Shown one piece after another: positions 11,101 to 19,976 of a stretch of 64,000 nt of DNA (positions are counted from its first letter, which is position 1; each line of letters opens with the position of its first letter). The DNA lies in contig BPJG01000001.1 of assembly GCA_026004495.1 (NCBI GenBank), forward strand, positions 350,858 to 414,857, read 5' to 3'. The position numbers and the translations under genes were made by a program. The notes beneath the pieces are model-generated. The model had not been told where the DNA came from. It was given only the letters and a program-made list of their open reading frames with translations, and did no database searches. This DNA comes from Candidatus Parcubacteria bacterium (GTDB taxonomy: Bacteria > Patescibacteriota > Minisyncoccia > UBA6257 > HR35).

Positions 11101-12640
11101 TTATTATGGTATTATTAGTGGTATTAATTGCTGCAAAAAATATTCTATCTTGGTTATTAATTTTTGTAAATGGTCCAGCTATGTATAAATAATTATTATT
11201 AGGGTTATAAAGAAGAACATCAACTGGGTTATTTGGTTCAATATTAAAATTAGTAATTAAGTTTAAATTTCTATCAAAGGCAGCCAAATATTTTTTATAA
11301 ACTCCATTATAGGAATAAAATCTCCCACCAATAAATAAATTACCATTATTATCTAATTTCAAAACATTAACTCTATCGCTTAGTTTTAAATCAGAAATAG
11401 AGGTTATTAAATTTCCAGAGGTTGCATTGATAGCTCTGAAATAATACCTATCACTTGCACTTGTGGCATTAAATGATCCACTAACATATAAGATTCCATT
11501 ATTTTTGTTTAAAGCTAAAGATAGAACTGAATCAACATCAGAATTGTCTCGATTTAGCGAAGAAGAAAATGTATTTATCATCGAACCATTTATAGCATTA
11601 AGGGCAGCAACATAAACAGAAGGAGTAGCAAACCTTCCGCCTATATATAAATAATCATCATTAGGGTTATTAGGGGTATTAAAGTCATTATATTCTAAAG
11701 CCAAAACAACATAATCTAATGAATTGCCAGCTGGATTAAAGCCAGTTATTATACTACCATTTGTTGAAGAAACAGCAGCTAAATATCTTTTAGGTGAAGT
11801 AAAATAACCTCCTACATATAATATATTAGAATCAGGAGATAATAAAATAGTCCAAATGACATCATTAAATGAATTATTGGAATTAAAACTTTCATTTACT
11901 GTTGAGGTTGAATTAGTTGAAAAATTTATAGCAGCTAAAAATTTTTTATTGGAAATAATATTGGTTAAATTATTTTTTATCCAGATAAATTGTCCTCCAA
12001 GATATAAAGTATTAGTATTAGGATGAACTGCTAAAGAAAATACGTAGTCCTCTAGTTCAAAATTAAAGGTATTAACTAAGCGGGGATTATTTAAATCAGA
12101 AATATCAATAGCTGATAAATACTTTCTTGTTAAATTATTTACTGACTGGAATGCTCCTCCAATAAAAAGAATATTATTTTTTAAAGCTAAAGCGTAAACA
12201 GTATCATCAATATTTAAGTTAAAATTACAATTTACTCTTCCTGATTGATCTATATAGGCTAATTTTCTTACCTCACAATTACCTACTTTGAAAAAATCAC
12301 CACCAATAAACCAACCATTGTTATATGGTATAGCTGTCCAAACAGAACCTTCTATTTTATCAATTAAATCAAAAGTTGTATTCTGAGATGTTCTTAAAAT
12401 AAATCCATTTCCCCTATAAGGACCTAAATAAGTAAAATTACCTCCTATATAAACTTTATCATTAGCAACTTCAATAGTATTTATTGAACCGTTAGGCACC
12501 CAATTTAAATTAAACTTTTGAGAAGTTAAATTAGCCCAAGTTAAATTAAATAAAAATATATTAAATAAAAAGAAAATAAAAATCATTATAAAAAACTTCG
12601 TTAAATTTTTTAATTTATTTAAAAATTTTTTTAATTTCAT
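8138..12640 (-). CDS. Large surface protein: beta-propeller repeats, five Ig/Calx-beta-like repeats, Gly/Ser linker, C-terminal peptidoglycan-binding-like domain
   Basis: Signal peptide; many LYIGGxF blades; 5x110-aa repeat; KYLQIILN...SVKKFQ...TGIMG..T tail; true start may be the second Met. Confidence 0.8.
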   Translation of the reverse strand: MKLKKFLNKLKNLTKFFIMIFIFFLFNIFLFNLTWANLTSQKFNLNWVPNGSINTIEVANDKVYIGGNFTYLGPYRGNGFILRTSQNTTFDLIDKIEGSVWTAIPYNNGWFIGGDFFKVGNCEVRKLAYIDQSGRVNCNFNLNIDDTVYALALKNNILFIGGAFQSVNNLTRKYLSAIDISDLNNPRLVNTFNFELEDYVFSLAVHPNTNTLYLGGQFIWIKNNLTNIISNKKFLAAINFSTNSTSTVNESFNSNNSFNDVIWTILLSPDSNILYVGGYFTSPKRYLAAVSSTNGSIITGFNPAGNSLDYVVLALEYNDFNTPNNPNDDYLYIGGRFATPSVYVAALNAINGSMINTFSSSLNRDNSDVDSVLSLALNKNNGILYVSGSFNATSASDRYYFRAINATSGNLITSISDLKLSDRVNVLKLDNNGNLFIGGRFYSYNGVYKKYLAAFDRNLNLITNFNIEPNNPVDVLLYNPNNNYLYIAGPFTKINNQDRIFFAAINTTNNTIINDFNYTFSTTTGDFISALTLDKINNKLFLCGYFSKINNENKYKYVAKINASSGTLDNNFINGNSGIVNDVVNDCVIDESTGVLYIGGRFNRVLNQNVSYLASIGATSSPILLAQSNINDLVNTISIDPEDNLLFVGGKFNKYLATLNKNNLSPVNLNYMEYPNLPVIKIKNDSQNNILFVSGFFDELYTRGQLGFLIATYTPSEINFTYDAIFPDFNIYSIAFSTSSRKLYLGGNFESISYGSINNYDFSNKNLVFFDYNPTGISNNPGVSVNPTSITVTEGGEGSSYNLRLTSAPTSNVIIRLTYNSSQIQTNTSTLVFTPTNWNINQTINVTAVNDSIAEGNHTVVISHSASSTDNNYNNIQISNVNVNIVDNDSNGVSVNPTSITVTEGGEGSSYNLRLTSAPTSNVIIRLTYNSSQIQTNTSTLVFTPTNWNINQTINVTAVNDSIAEGNHTVVISHSASSTDNNYNNIQISNVNVNIVDNDSNGVSVNPTSITVTEGGEGSSYNLRLTSAPTSNVIIRLTYNSSQIQTNTSTLVFTPTNWNINQTINVTAVNDSIAEGNHTVVISHSASSTDNNYNNIQISNVNVNIVDNDSNGVSVNPTSITVTEGGEGSSYNLRLTSAPTSNVIIRLTYNSSQIQTNTSTLVFTPTNWNINQTINVTAVNDSIAEGNHTVVISHSASSTDNNYNNIQISNVNVNIVDNDSSGVSVNPTSITVTEGGEGSSYNLRLTSAPTSNVIIRLTYNSSQIQTNTSTLVFTPTNWNINQTINVTAVNDSIAEGNHSVVISHSASSTDNNYNNIQISNVNVNIVDNDSSSSGGGGGGSSGGGGGSGGDGEDGETANQEQNNLLLLLNLLAQNLQTTTSSEEFEKTQEDNICIKYKDFDFDYIKSKIPSNFRFPLKKIRPGITNNNIKYLQIILNSNNKTLIAKTGPGSKNKEITKYNIRTINSVKKFQRLYLKVKKPTGIMGVNTIKEFNKILDCTFE
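8649..10298. repeat. Five tandem 330-bp near-identical repeats
   Basis: Same text recurs at 8651, 8981, 9311, 9641, 9971; only about 3 variant positions seen (8660, 8745, unit junction). Confidence 0.97.
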
Positions 12641-13610
12641 TCCAAATTTCTTTTTTTAATTTATTATCTTGCTTTAATTGTTCTCGAGCTGATTGAAAAC
12701 TGCTACCTAATTTTATATCTCCAAAAAATAAACTTGTGCCAACCCTTTTTATTATTCCACATTTTTCTGCTAAATTCAATAAATCAGCTTCATAAGATAT
12801 ACCCTCGCCATAATATATTTCAATTTCAGCTGTCTTAAATGGTGGTGCCACTTTATTTTTTACTATCCTTGCTTTTACCTTTATACCTATAATTTCATCA
12901 GCTCTTTTAATTTGGCCTATTTTTTTTAATTCAATTCTAACAGAAGAATAAAATTTTAAAGCTTTTCCTCCAGGAGTTGTTTCTTGAGCTCCAATGATTG
13001 CTCCTATTTGAGCTCTAGTTTGATTAAGAAATATTAAAATTGTCTTTGTTTTTGATATTAAGGCAGTTAATTTTCTTAAAGCTTGCGATAATAATCTTGC
13101 CTGTAAACCAATAAAATGATCACCAATTTCTCCCTCTAATTCAGCCTTAGGAGCTAAAGCAGCAACTGAATCAACGACAATTACATCAAATAATCCAGAT
13201 TTTACTAATTTCTCAACTAAATTTAAGGCATCCTCGCCCGAATCAGGTTGAGAAATAACTATTTTTTTGATATCAACGCCAATTCTTTTAGCATATTCAG
13301 GATCCAAAGCATGTTCAACATCAATAAAAGCAACATTACCTCCATTTTTTTGAGCTTCGGCTATTGTTTCTAATGCTAAAGTTGATTTTCCGCTTGATTC
13401 AGGGCCAAAGATTTCTATAATTCTACCTCGAGGTAAACCACCAACTCCTAAAACTAAATCTAACGAAGGAGATCCGGTTGAAATTGTTTCTACATTAACC
13501 TTAGGCACTGATTCTAAGGTCATTACAGTTCCTTCACCAAATTCTTTTTGTAATTCTTGAATTAAATTTTCTAAATTATTAGATTTCGTTTCACTTTTTT
13601 TCTTATTCAT
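12615..13610 (-). CDS. recA: Recombinase RecA
   Basis: GGLPRGRIIEIFGPESSGKST, VVDSVAAL, GGKALKFYSSVR, KNKVAPPF. Confidence 0.99.
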   Translation of the reverse strand: MNKKKSETKSNNLENLIQELQKEFGEGTVMTLESVPKVNVETISTGSPSLDLVLGVGGLPRGRIIEIFGPESSGKSTLALETIAEAQKNGGNVAFIDVEHALDPEYAKRIGVDIKKIVISQPDSGEDALNLVEKLVKSGLFDVIVVDSVAALAPKAELEGEIGDHFIGLQARLLSQALRKLTALISKTKTILIFLNQTRAQIGAIIGAQETTPGGKALKFYSSVRIELKKIGQIKRADEIIGIKVKARIVKNKVAPPFKTAEIEIYYGEGISYEADLLNLAEKCGIIKRVGTSLFFGDIKLGSSFQSAREQLKQDNKLKKEIWNEIKKIFK

Positions 13611-13651
13611 TTAAAAAATTTTAAAGTAAATTAATTAAAGTTTCAAAAATT

Positions 13652-14068
13652 TTAAAATTTGATATCCCAAATATCTGTTTCTTGGCTGAATGAATTTTCA
13701 AAATCTGTTAATTCTTCATTAACATATTCATCGTCAGCAATATTTTTAGGGCCAAAAATTATATTTTCAGCAATTATTTCTGTTATCGATTTTTTTTGCC
13801 CATCTGGAGTTAACCAGTTGCGATAATGAATTCTACCTTCAACAAAAATTAATCTTCCTTTATTTAAAAAATTTTTACATGTTTCAGCCAATTTTCCCCA
13901 GACAATAATTCGATGAAATTCTGTTTCTTTTATATTTTGATTATTTTTATCTTTATAAATACGATTAGTGGCGATGTTTAAGATAGCTATTTGAGTTCCA
14001 TTGTTAGTAATTTTAAAATCTATCTCTTGAACTAATCTTCCTATTAAAAATACTTTGTTAAGGTTCAT
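13652..14068 (-). CDS. ssb: Single-stranded DNA-binding protein
   Basis: MNLNKVFLIGRL, TEFHRIIVWGKLAE, VEGRI, acidic tail ending DIKF. Confidence 0.96.
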   Translation of the reverse strand: MNLNKVFLIGRLVQEIDFKITNNGTQIAILNIATNRIYKDKNNQNIKETEFHRIIVWGKLAETCKNFLNKGRLIFVEGRIHYRNWLTPDGQKKSITEIIAENIIFGPKNIADDEYVNEELTDFENSFSQETDIWDIKF

Positions 14069-14095
14069 AAAAAATTTAATTAAATTTAAAATTTT

Positions 14096-14407
14096 TTAAT
14101 TGTTTATCTCGGTTAATTTTTCTTTTAAAGGAACAGATTTTCTTTTGATAATTAAAAATCTTAAAATTCTTGAAATATTTTTTAATTCTTTGTTTATTTT
14201 TTCTAAATTCTCGTTTTTTTCCAATTTAAAAACTAAATAGCCAAAATAGCCTAAGGTTTGTTTTTTAATTGAATAGCTTAAATTTCTTTTTTTGGGACTC
14301 TCTTCTAAAATTATCTCTGCTTCATATTTAGTTAAGATTTTCTTTATTTTTTCTAATTCTTCTTCTAATTTACTTTCAATATTTAACCAATAACCAAGTT
14401 CATACAT
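14096..14407 (-). CDS. rpsF: 30S ribosomal protein bS6
   Basis: MYEL, KRNLSYSIKK, GYFGY, ILRFLII; upstream of ssb. Confidence 0.9.
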   Translation of the reverse strand: MYELGYWLNIESKLEEELEKIKKILTKYEAEIILEESPKKRNLSYSIKKQTLGYFGYLVFKLEKNENLEKINKELKNISRILRFLIIKRKSVPLKEKLTEINN

Positions 14408-14454
14408 TTTTTTAAAAAATAGTTATTTAAATAATTGATGTTTTTTTAACAATA

Positions 14455-14570
14455 GCCTTGCGGTACCTACTCTCGCGCCTAAATTGGCACTACCATCGGC
14501 ACTTAGCCGTTTCACTTGCCTGTTCGGAATGGAAAGGAGTGGTTCCAGCTAAGTTATGCAACCACAAGGC
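14455..14570 (-). rRNA. rrf: 5S rRNA (stand-alone)
   Basis: 116 nt; terminal helix GCCTTGTGGT/ACCGCAAGGC; CCATTCCGAAC, GTGAAAC, GCCGATGGTAGT, GAGAGTAGG motifs. Confidence 0.95.
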
Positions 14571-14586
14571 AATATAGATTATATAC

Positions 14587-15009
14587 TTAAAATAATTTTT
14601 TTTCAAATAAAACTGATTTTACTAATTTATCTGCCCGACTATTCTCTTCTCTAGGAATAATTTTTATTTCCAAAAGGGGAAATTCTATTTTTAGGTTCCA
14701 GAAGTTAATAAATAATTTTTGTAGATTTTCTTCTTTGATTTTATATTTTCCTAAAAGCTGATTACCAATTAATTCACTATCTAAATGAATTATAATTTTG
14801 GAATTTTTTATTTTGTTTTTACCTAAAAGATGTTTTATTTTTTTTAAGGCATAAATTACTGCTAAATATTCAGCTTCATTATTAGTTATTTTATCTATCC
14901 TGGCTTTATATGATTTTATTTTACCGTCAATTAGGATTACAATACCAATAGCACCAATATTTTTTTCGTTAATAACCCCACCATCTGTCCAAACTTTTAT
15001 CTCTTCCAT
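14587..15009 (-). CDS. rnhA: Ribonuclease HI family protein
   Basis: WTDGG, TNNEAEY, HLDSEL, PREENSRADKL catalytic DEDD set. Confidence 0.9.
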   Translation of the reverse strand: MEEIKVWTDGGVINEKNIGAIGIVILIDGKIKSYKARIDKITNNEAEYLAVIYALKKIKHLLGKNKIKNSKIIIHLDSELIGNQLLGKYKIKEENLQKLFINFWNLKIEFPLLEIKIIPREENSRADKLVKSVLFEKKLF

Positions 15010-15011
15010 TT

Positions 15012-15659
15012 TTATTTCTTAATAAATTTTTTTAGAGGACAATTTTTATGTTTACAATTAGCAGGGCAATATTTTCTACCATATTCTATTAATTTATATG
15101 GTAAATCACCCCACCTATTTTTAGGAATTATTTTAATTAAATCCTGTTCAATTTTATCTGGGTTAGAATTTCTAGTTAAGCCAAATAATCTACTTAATCT
15201 TCTGATGTGGGTATCAACTGGAAAGCCTTCTGTTTTTTTATAAACTTGCCATAAGATAATATTTGCACTTTTTCTACCTATTCCAGGTAATTTAGTTAAT
15301 TCATTAATGTCTTCTGGTATTTTGCCATTATATCTTTCATTAATAATTTTAGCTGAGCTTAAAATAAATTTAGCCTTTTGTTTATATAAACCTAAACTGT
15401 TTATATCTTTGGCAAATTCTTTTTCGTTAGCATTAAGGTAATCATCAAATTTTTTATATTTCTTAAATAATTTAGAGGTAACTTGATTAACATTTTCGTC
15501 TTTATTTCTTGCTGATAAAACTACAGCTACAAAAAGCTCCCAAGGATTAGAAAAATTTAAAGCAATTTTTGCTGAAGGAAATAGTTTATCGATAATCTTT
15601 ATTATTTTGTTTACTTTTATTTTTAGATTAGATTTTAGATTAGAATTATTATTTTTCAT
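15012..15659 (-). CDS. nth: Endonuclease III
   Basis: AVVLSA, HhH LPGIGRKSAN, PVDTHIRR, C-terminal Cys cluster. Confidence 0.92.
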   Translation of the reverse strand: MKNNNSNLKSNLKIKVNKIIKIIDKLFPSAKIALNFSNPWELFVAVVLSARNKDENVNQVTSKLFKKYKKFDDYLNANEKEFAKDINSLGLYKQKAKFILSSAKIINERYNGKIPEDINELTKLPGIGRKSANIILWQVYKKTEGFPVDTHIRRLSRLFGLTRNSNPDKIEQDLIKIIPKNRWGDLPYKLIEYGRKYCPANCKHKNCPLKKFIKK

Positions 15660-15661
15660 AG

Positions 15662-16606
15662 TTATACTTTTTTATATTTTGTTTCAACGCCATAAATTCC
15701 ATCTTTATATTCTATTATTTTATAATCATTAAATAAAATTGGTTCAACCAAAGCTAAACATAAAAAGATTCTAAAAAATAATTCCCTAATTTCTGTTTCA
15801 GCATAATTATTTGCTCTCATTTCAATTGTATGTCTCCAGGCACGGATATTTGCGGTTACTACAATTGGAGCTTCAGTTTCATTAGTAAATATTGCTCTAG
15901 CTGTTTGATTTAATTTTTTTCTCAATTCTGTTTTTAGATGGCTCTCATCATCTGAAGATTGACCTAAAATTTTTAATTTTTCTTGTTCTTTTTTTAAGAT
16001 ATTATTTATTTCTTCATATTCTTCTTTGATTCTATCTATTCTTTTTTCAAATAAATTATGAAGGTATTTATTATCTTGAAACTCTTTTCTTTCAACAAAC
16101 CTAATTAAATTACCTGAAACATATCTTTGACTTTGTTGAGAATAAGCAAAGCCAGCGCGATGTCTAATTAATTCGTGTGTTAAACTTCTTGAAACTCCAT
16201 AAATTAAAAATGAATAATAACTATGTTCTAAAACCGAACCATGACCAGATGATTTGATATTTTCAAAATACCTATTAGCATCTTTATTCCAAGTTCTTTT
16301 AGGTCCAAATGACATATAGCATAATTGAGCAGAGAATTTAATTAGTTGAGTACCAGCGGTTAATTTATCAGGATCACTTAAATAATCTTCAAAATTATTT
16401 TGGTATTCACTTAAAAAATTTTTGGTATTTTCTATTTTTATTTCTGGCTTGGCAATCATTATGACCCCTGGTGATTTTAGATATGGAGTTCCTTTTTTGG
16501 TATAATATACTCTGCTATCAATAAATGTAAAACCATCACTTATTTTACCGCCTATCGATTCAAATATTGTTTTTATTTTTTCCTGATTATTTACTAACAT
16601 TAACAT
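15662..16606 (-). CDS. thyX: FAD-dependent thymidylate synthase
   Basis: GHGSVLEH, HELIRHR...SQQSQRY ThyX motif, NIRAWRH. Confidence 0.95.
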   Translation of the reverse strand: MLMLVNNQEKIKTIFESIGGKISDGFTFIDSRVYYTKKGTPYLKSPGVIMIAKPEIKIENTKNFLSEYQNNFEDYLSDPDKLTAGTQLIKFSAQLCYMSFGPKRTWNKDANRYFENIKSSGHGSVLEHSYYSFLIYGVSRSLTHELIRHRAGFAYSQQSQRYVSGNLIRFVERKEFQDNKYLHNLFEKRIDRIKEEYEEINNILKKEQEKLKILGQSSDDESHLKTELRKKLNQTARAIFTNETEAPIVVTANIRAWRHTIEMRANNYAETEIRELFFRIFLCLALVEPILFNDYKIIEYKDGIYGVETKYKKV

Positions 16607-16629
16607 AAAATTATAAGATTAAAATTAAG

Positions 16630-17190
16630 ATGTCAAACTTAAGAGACAAAGCAATTAAATTAATAAATCAATATATCAAAAATGAAAATTTAAAAAAACA
16701 TCTTTTAGCTACTGAGGCGTTGATGAAAGCTTTAGCTAATAAATTTGGTGAAAATCAAGAAACTTGGGGATTAGCAGGTCTTTTGCACGATTTAGATTGG
16801 GAGATGACAAAAGATAATCCTGAAAAGCATCCTTTAATTGCGGTTGAAATTTTAGAGAAAGAAAAATTTCCCAAAGAAATAATTGAAGCAATTAGAAAAC
16901 ATAATCATCTTCAAGGTTTAAATCCAGAAACATTATTGGAAAAAGCTTTATATTCTTGCGAAGAAATTACTGGCTTAATTGTAGCTATTGCCTTGGTTAT
17001 GCCAAGTAAAAAATTAGCTGAAGTAACAGTTGAAAAAATAATGTCTAAATTTAAAGAACCTTCATTTGCTCGGGGTGTTAATAGAGATATTATTAAAAAA
17101 TGTGAGGAAATGTTAAATATTTCCGTAGAGGAATTAGCTGAAATTTGCTTAAAGGCAATGCAAGAAATTAGCGATCGGTTGGGATTATAA
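16630..17190 (+). CDS. HD-domain (HDIG-like) phosphohydrolase
   Basis: KH...GLLHDLD...KH, FARGVNR. Confidence 0.85.
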   Translation: MSNLRDKAIKLINQYIKNENLKKHLLATEALMKALANKFGENQETWGLAGLLHDLDWEMTKDNPEKHPLIAVEILEKEKFPKEIIEAIRKHNHLQGLNPETLLEKALYSCEEITGLIVAIALVMPSKKLAEVTVEKIMSKFKEPSFARGVNRDIIKKCEEMLNISVEELAEICLKAMQEISDRLGL

Positions 17191-17235
17191 TCTCTTATTA
17201 TAATATATTATTTTATTAATAATTCACATTTTAAA

Positions 17236-17264
17236 TTGACAATATTTTTTTAATTTTTTATAAT
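17236..17264 (+). promoter_or_regulatory. Consensus sigma70 promoter
   Basis: TTGACA(17236-41)-N17-TATAAT(17259-64), 31 nt before the next ATG. Confidence 0.8.
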
Positions 17265-17295
17265 TTTTTTAATTAATTAAAATTCTTTAATAAAA

Positions 17296-18744
17296 ATGAC
17301 CAAAAATATTTTTATAACAATACTATTTATTTTTCTTTATATTTCTTCTATTTATGCTCAGAATCAAATTCCTATGTGTGCTGCCCCAAATCATCTTATT
17401 ATTTGGCCGAATATGTCGACTTATACCATTCCAATGGCTAAAAATAATATTGGTGAATTAATGGATTCATATTTAACTTATTCAACAGATTCAGTATATT
17501 ATAATGGGCAATTTAAAGAACAAATAGGAATATTTAGTTTTTTTAGGTCGGCAGTTAGAATTTATGGCGGATTAGGGCAAGATAGAAATCGACCTAATCC
17601 TAATAATAACTATAAAACTAATTGGAGTAATGTTGCTGACTTTTATTTAACCCCTATTTATATTAAAGGACCAAGAAGAAATTGGCATTCAGGAGGTTCA
17701 ATTACCTTTATGGATATTTCAACATCAACCGATAAGAAATATCAAACCTTAATTACATTAACTCAATTTCCTAGTCATGTATATTGGAATCCAGTCGGAG
17801 ATGATAATAGTTTAACAACAACTCCTGATTTTGGCAATTTAAGAATTTATTACTCTGAATTTAATCCAACTAATGCTACCCTTACTGGAAGAACAGGAAC
17901 TATTAGTCCTAACTCATCCAATTATAAATTATTAGCAACCTTTAAATATGATAGTCAAAGAGGAAGTATGCTGGGTATCGGAACAGCAAGCCCTCAAGCT
18001 AATTTATATGTTAATGGTAATATTCTTTCTTCAGCAACTATTACTGCTCCAGGATTTTGTTTAGGTAATAATTGTATTAGTCAATGGCCTTCAGGAGGAA
18101 ATATAGGTAGTGGAACTGCAAATTATCTTCCAATTTGGAAAACTTCAACAACCCTAGGAACTTCAACTATTTATCAAGCAGCAAATGGTAATGTTGGTAT
18201 CGGAACAATAACTCCAACTTCTATTCTTCATCTTTATGGTAACTCAGCTTCTAGAGTGATGAGCATAATTATCCAAGATACTAATAACCCATATCAAAAA
18301 ATTTGGAAATTAGGAAATGATGGTCAACCAGGTAAATTTGGACTTATTGATGGAACAAATTATAGATGGATAGTAGATAGCAATGGTAATGTTGGTATCG
18401 GAACAACAAATCCTCAAGCTAAATTACATGTTAATGGTAATATTATTCTTTCTTCAGAAACTTCGCCTTATTTTGAGATTAATAGAATATCAACAAATAA
18501 CGAATCTGGAATAAGATTTAAGTCAAATAATCAGACTGCTTGGGAAATTGAATTGGCTAGTGGCAGTGGTAATTATTTAGTAATTAGTAAAGCAAATAAT
18601 GAACCTGTTATTGCCTTAGATAATATAGGTAGGGTTCATATAGGAAGTTATGTAAGTGGCGATGGAAAGCTTAATGTTTATGGAACCTCTAAATTCTATT
18701 CTTTTGATGGGCAGAGATTAACTTTAGAAATAAGTGAAGAATAA
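17296..18744 (+). CDS. Secreted fibre-like protein with GNVGIGT repeats
   Basis: Signal peptide ending IYA|Q; repeated GNVGIGTTNPQAKLHVNG-type units; FCLGNNCISQW. Confidence 0.7.
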   Translation: MTKNIFITILFIFLYISSIYAQNQIPMCAAPNHLIIWPNMSTYTIPMAKNNIGELMDSYLTYSTDSVYYNGQFKEQIGIFSFFRSAVRIYGGLGQDRNRPNPNNNYKTNWSNVADFYLTPIYIKGPRRNWHSGGSITFMDISTSTDKKYQTLITLTQFPSHVYWNPVGDDNSLTTTPDFGNLRIYYSEFNPTNATLTGRTGTISPNSSNYKLLATFKYDSQRGSMLGIGTASPQANLYVNGNILSSATITAPGFCLGNNCISQWPSGGNIGSGTANYLPIWKTSTTLGTSTIYQAANGNVGIGTITPTSILHLYGNSASRVMSIIIQDTNNPYQKIWKLGNDGQPGKFGLIDGTNYRWIVDSNGNVGIGTTNPQAKLHVNGNIILSSETSPYFEINRISTNNESGIRFKSNNQTAWEIELASGSGNYLVISKANNEPVIALDNIGRVHIGSYVSGDGKLNVYGTSKFYSFDGQRLTLEISEE

Positions 18745-18746
18745 AT

Positions 18747-19454
18747 ATGAATCATAGGTATAAAAATATTTTAAAATTTACATTCATTATTATTTTATTA
18801 AGTTTATTTTTCTTTGTATCAAATTATTTATATTCTCAAGTTCAAAGAGAAGCTACTGTTTTTAGAACTCAAAATAGAGGATTTAATTTTTATACAGGGA
18901 ATGATCCTATACTAAAAATTTCTCGAAATAACTTTATTTTTTATTGGGGCAGAGATTCTCTTCCTTTATTACGATTAAACGATGTTAGATTGTTTTCGCT
19001 TATTGGCTTTGTTTATATACCAACTGTTGGGTTTGAAAATGGAAGATTAACACCTAGATGTCCTTGTGATATAAATGACTTAGTTAGAGATTGTCCTGTG
19101 CCTTATATTTCAAATTATAGAGTCTCAAACACCTGTTTTGATCAATATTATCAAATTTATAATTCTGAATATCGATCAGTAAGGTATAATTTAGAAAGAG
19201 TGGCTGACTGGGATAGATTTCAATTTGCTGTTGATAATGGTGTGGTAAGGATAAATGGTGATCTTGATGTTGAATATAATCAAAATAATAGTTGTGTAAA
19301 TGTACCATCAAATGAATTTAGGGATATTGAAGGTTCTCATAATCAAGGAGAAACCATTTGCCCGGATGGATATTTTATGAAGGGAATTAGATTTCAAAAT
19401 GGAAGAAGACAAGATGCATTAGATCTGTGGCAAATAATATGTTGCAAGCTATAA
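18747..19454 (+). CDS. Secreted Cys-rich hypothetical protein
   Basis: N-terminal hydrophobic signal; C-terminal CPDGYFMKGI...IICCKL. Confidence 0.65.
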   Translation: MNHRYKNILKFTFIIILLSLFFFVSNYLYSQVQREATVFRTQNRGFNFYTGNDPILKISRNNFIFYWGRDSLPLLRLNDVRLFSLIGFVYIPTVGFENGRLTPRCPCDINDLVRDCPVPYISNYRVSNTCFDQYYQIYNSEYRSVRYNLERVADWDRFQFAVDNGVVRINGDLDVEYNQNNSCVNVPSNEFRDIEGSHNQGETICPDGYFMKGIRFQNGRRQDALDLWQIICCKL

Positions 19455-19472
19455 GAATTGAAATATTAAAAA

Positions 19473-19976
19473 ATTTTTTTTACGACACTGTTAGACCCAC
19501 GTTTAAATAAATTAAAATTAAATAAAGTAAGATTGATTGATGAATATGGTAAACAAATTGGAATTTTAGATTTTAATGAGGCAAAAAAAAATGCTGAAGA
19601 AAAAAATACTGGCCTTATTTTAGTTTCAGAAAAGGCAAATCCCCCGGTTTTAAAGTTAGGTGATTATAATAAGTATATTTATAGATTAAAAAAGAAAGAA
19701 AAAGAAAGGAATATTTCAGAGATAAAAGAGGTTAGAATAAGCTTCCAAGAAGCTTTAGGGGACCTAAAAAGAAAGGTGAAGCAAATTGAGGAATTTTTAA
19801 CTGAAGGTAATCAAGTAAGAATAAGAATGATCTTAAAAGGCAGACAGTTTTTACATTTAGATATAGCCAAAGAAAGATTAAATAATTTCATAGGTTTAAT
19901 TGAAATACCAATAAAAATTATTAATGAAATTAAACAAAGCGGTAGTAATTTAATTATTATAATTAGCAAAAAATGA
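19473..19976 (+). CDS. infC: Translation initiation factor IF-3 (probable ATT start, upstream of the ORF-track start)
   Basis: Frame open from TAA 19467-69: I-F-F-T-T-L-L-D-P-R-L-N...VRLIDEYGKQIG; PPVLK, KEVRIS; precedes rpmI. Confidence 0.9.
   Translation: MFFTTLLDPRLNKLKLNKVRLIDEYGKQIGILDFNEAKKNAEEKNTGLILVSEKANPPVLKLGDYNKYIYRLKKKEKERNISEIKEVRISFQEALGDLKRKVKQIEEFLTEGNQVRIRMILKGRQFLHLDIAKERLNNFIGLIEIPIKIINEIKQSGSNLIIIISKK

Noticed and set aside
6113-12640. Genomic island integrated at tmRNA
   Set aside because: No integrase and no duplicated tmRNA 3' end; the genes continue the recA run
17296-19454. Prophage tail-fibre remnant
   Set aside because: Both genes have signal peptides and a host-type promoter; no phage genes nearby
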